From an uncultured Acidobacteriota bacterium (lineage in GTDB: Bacteria > Acidobacteriota > Vicinamibacteria > Vicinamibacterales > UBA8438), in the NCBI GenBank assembly GCA_913043225.1, contig CAJWLU010000025.1:1-48377 (forward strand): DNA of 48,377 nt, in the 5' to 3' direction. The notes below the pieces were generated by a model that saw nothing but the letters and a program-made list of their open reading frames with translations, was not told where the DNA came from and did no database searches. The translations under genes and the position numbers were made by a program. This document shows, piece by piece, positions 45,962 to 48,377 of this stretch. How positions within the stretch are numbered: position 1 is the stretch's first letter; every line of letters starts with the position of its first letter.

Positions 45962-47140
45962 GTGGCCGATGACCGACTGATCATCTTTGATACGACTCTA
46001 CGGGACGGCGAGCAGGCGCCAGGCTTCTCGATGAACACTCCCGAGAAGCTCAGGCTTGCGCGGCAGTTACAGTCGCTTGGCGTGGATGTGATGGAAGCTG
46101 GCTTCCCGATTGCTTCCCAAGACGATGCCGACGCGGTCCGCCAGATCGCGACCGAGATCAAAGGACCGATCATCGCCGGCCTGGCTCGATGCGACGCCGC
46201 CGACATCGAGTGTGCGGGCGAGGCGGTGAAGCCCGCCGAGCGCTCACGGATCCACACCTTCATCGCCACTTCTGACCTGCACCTCGAGCGGAAGCTTCGC
46301 ATCTCGCGTGACGAGTGTCTGCAGTCGGTGCGCGACAACGTTACCCTGGCGCGCAGCCTGACCGACGACGTAGAGTTCTCGGCCGAGGACGCGACTCGAA
46401 GCGACCGCGACTTCCTGTGTCAGATTGTCGAAACGGCCATCGACTGTGGGGCCGGCACGGTCAATCTGCCCGATACGGTCGGCTATTGCACGCCGGACGA
46501 GATAGAGGAGTTTTTCCGCAGCATCATCGGGCGCGTGCCCAATGCTGACAAGGCAATCTTCAGTACCCATTGCCACGATGACCTAGGCTTGGCTGTCGCC
46601 AACTCGCTGGCGGCAGTGCGGGGCGGGTGCCGGCAGATCGAGTGCACCATCAACGGAATCGGCGAACGGGCGGGCAACGCGTCACTCGAAGAATTGGTGA
46701 TGGTGACAAAGGTTCGCGGTGATCGGGTGCCCTATACGACCGGAATCGACACGACGAAGCTCTATCCCTGTAGCGCCATGCTGAGCGAACTGACCCACGA
46801 GCCGGTGCAGTCGAACAAGGCAATCGTCGGGCGGAATGCGTTTGCGCATGAGGCAGGCATCCATCAAGACGGGTTCATCAAGGACCGCCGCACCTACGAG
46901 ATTATGTTGCCAACCGACGTTGGGGTGGCCCAATCGACGTTGGTGCTCGGCAAGCACTCCGGCCGCCATGCCGTGAAGCAGCGGTGCGAGCAACTGGGGC
47001 ATGAGCTGAGTCGGTTGCAGCTCGACCGGGTATATCGGGCCATCATCGATTTGGCGGACCACCAGAAAATGGTCGAAGACAGCGACGTGGCCGCGATTAT
47101 CGAGCAGGTCGTCGCCGATCAAGCCGCGGGCGCCGCCTGA
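45962..47140 (+). CDS. leuA: 2-isopropylmalate synthase, short form lacking the C-terminal regulatory domain
   Basis: FDTTLRDGEQAPG, EAGFP, EFSAED, PDTVG, HCHDDLG, GIGERAGN, HEAGIHQDG, LGKHSGR; only 392 aa; AGGAG RBS and GTG start. Confidence 0.93.
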   Translation: MADDRLIIFDTTLRDGEQAPGFSMNTPEKLRLARQLQSLGVDVMEAGFPIASQDDADAVRQIATEIKGPIIAGLARCDAADIECAGEAVKPAERSRIHTFIATSDLHLERKLRISRDECLQSVRDNVTLARSLTDDVEFSAEDATRSDRDFLCQIVETAIDCGAGTVNLPDTVGYCTPDEIEEFFRSIIGRVPNADKAIFSTHCHDDLGLAVANSLAAVRGGCRQIECTINGIGERAGNASLEELVMVTKVRGDRVPYTTGIDTTKLYPCSAMLSELTHEPVQSNKAIVGRNAFAHEAGIHQDGFIKDRRTYEIMLPTDVGVAQSTLVLGKHSGRHAVKQRCEQLGHELSRLQLDRVYRAIIDLADHQKMVEDSDVAAIIEQVVADQAAGAA

Positions 47141-47169
47141 GGGCGGCCCCGCTCCCTCTTCTCCAATCG

Positions 47170-47190
47170 GGCGGAGGCTGTGCCTCCGCC
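47170..47190 (+). other. Intercistronic stem-loop between leuA and leuB
   Basis: GGCGGAGGC-TGT-GCCTCCGCC, 9-bp perfect stem with no U-tract. Confidence 0.5.
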
Positions 47191-47203
47191 GGCATCGTCT
47201 TAC

Positions 47204-48256
47204 ATGCAATCATCCATCGTCCTTCTGCCCGGTGACGGTATCGGTCCGGAAGTCGTGGCCGCTGCCGAGCGCGTGCTTCGGCTGGTCGCGGACCGCTTCG
47301 GTCATCGCTTCGAGATCTCGTCACATCCCATCGGCGGCGCTGCCCTCAAGTCAGGGTTGCCACCGCTGCCTGAGGCCACCCGCGCCGCGTGCCAGGAGGC
47401 CGACGCGGTCCTGCTGGGTGCGGTCGGTGATCCCGCGTTTGATAGAGGGTCGAGCGAAGGTCGGCCAGAAACCGGGTTGCTCCAATTGCGACAAGCTCTT
47501 GGCGTCTTCGCCAATCTGAGGCCGGCGAAGGTCTGGCCCGGGATGGAGGACGGCGGTCCCTTCAAGCCGGAGCTGATTACCGGGGTCGATTTGCTGATCG
47601 TGCGCGAGCTCCTGGGCGGCATCTACTTCGGTGAGCCTCGGGGCATCGCTAAGGATCGGCAGTCGGCGTTCAATACCATGCGCTACTCCCGGCCGGAGGT
47701 CGAGCGTATTGCTGAGGTGGCTTTCAAGGCGGCGCAGGGCCGAAGGAAGCTCGTGACCTCGGTCGACAAGGCCAACGTGCTCGAGACGTCACGTATGTGG
47801 CGGCGCGTCGTTACCGAGGTCGCTGCCGACTACGACGACGTCGAGCTCGAGCACATCCTCGTCGACAACGCTGCGATGCAGATAGTGCAGATGCCGGAGC
47901 GCTTCGACGTGATGGTTTGCGACAACATGTTCGGCGATATCCTTTCCGACGAGGCCGCCGCGGTCACGGGCGGTCTTGGGCTTGCGGCATCTGCGAGTCT
48001 CGGTGATAAGGGGCCTGGAATCTTCGAGCCCGTGCATGGTTCTGCTCCTGATATCGCAGGGCAGGGCATCGCGAACCCTGCGGCGATGCTTCGCACGGTT
48101 GCGCTCATGCTCGGGCACGGACTGGGTGAGCATGAGCAGGCGCGAGCCGTGGAACAGGCTGTCGACTGGGCGCTTGAAACAACGCACACGCCTGACCTCG
48201 GCGGTGTCGCTACGACCCAGCAGTTTGGGGACGCGGTACTCGCCGCACTCAGCTAG
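47204..48256 (+). CDS. leuB: 3-isopropylmalate dehydrogenase
   Basis: LPGDGIGPEV, ANLRP, VRELLGGIYFG, VDKANVLETS, NMFGDILSD, EPVHGSAPDIAG. Confidence 0.97.
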   Translation: MQSSIVLLPGDGIGPEVVAAAERVLRLVADRFGHRFEISSHPIGGAALKSGLPPLPEATRAACQEADAVLLGAVGDPAFDRGSSEGRPETGLLQLRQALGVFANLRPAKVWPGMEDGGPFKPELITGVDLLIVRELLGGIYFGEPRGIAKDRQSAFNTMRYSRPEVERIAEVAFKAAQGRRKLVTSVDKANVLETSRMWRRVVTEVAADYDDVELEHILVDNAAMQIVQMPERFDVMVCDNMFGDILSDEAAAVTGGLGLAASASLGDKGPGIFEPVHGSAPDIAGQGIANPAAMLRTVALMLGHGLGEHEQARAVEQAVDWALETTHTPDLGGVATTQQFGDAVLAALS

Positions 48257-48281
48257 CGATATCGATCTCGAGGTTTGCGCC

Positions 48282-48377
48282 TCAGATTCTGATCGAAGCC
48301 CAGTCCTCTTCGAGTTCGCCTTCATAGATGTAGCGTTCCTGTGGGTCGAAAAGCTCCCTGCCGGCGACGTAACCTTC
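48282..48377 (-). CDS. 3' end of an unidentified gene entering from the right edge
   Basis: Open minus frame EGYVAGRELFDPQERYIYEGELEEDWASIRI* converging on leuB. Confidence 0.45.
   Translation of the reverse strand, partial: EGYVAGRELFDPQERYIYEGELEEDWASIRI

Noticed and set aside
1..48377. Prophage, IS, integrase, retron/RT, toxin-antitoxin or defence system
   Set aside because: No ORF with recognisable motifs for these was found; the 5'-3' exonuclease is a common stand-alone housekeeping type.

Overview
GC-rich bacterial chromosomal window. The small ORF at 13333, the GTAG-type REP hairpins and the protein styles suggest Acidobacteriota/Vicinamibacteria, but that is inference only. From left to right: the end of a formate dehydrogenase operon (cytochrome b subunit, fdhE); a ~10-kb nonulosonic-acid-type glycan cluster (SpsF-like cytidylyltransferase, Gfo/Idh/MocA oxidoreductase, DegT aminotransferase, orphan GT-B-like protein, divergent NeuB coupled to a B12-dependent radical SAM enzyme, frameshifted sugar transferase, SDR epimerase, GT2 fused to a degenerate cytidylyltransferase domain); an ECF sigma/anti-sigma/YbjQ operon; two divergent GT-C-like membrane proteins; a 5'-3' exonuclease, a SIS protein, an unannotated 34-aa membrane peptide, and phosphodiesterase and FAH-family lipoproteins; a sulfur/thiol neighbourhood (OsmC + flavoprotein, metX-metY-CoA-binding, tpx, xsc + APC permease, crcB); a GldA/GldF-GldG/DUF4340 ABC system with a 20-bp tandem duplication at the ATPase end; and leuCD-LysR-leuA(short form)-leuB. 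Several gene remnants, mostly 3' ends, lie between intact genes. A ~190-nt minus-strand structured element lies upstream of tpx. I saw no rRNA, tRNA, CRISPR array, integrase or transposase. The best candidates for new biology are the NeuB/B12-radical-SAM glycan cluster, the structured element at 29.8-30.0 kb and the xsc-containing operon. All family assignments come from reading motifs by eye, not from database searches.
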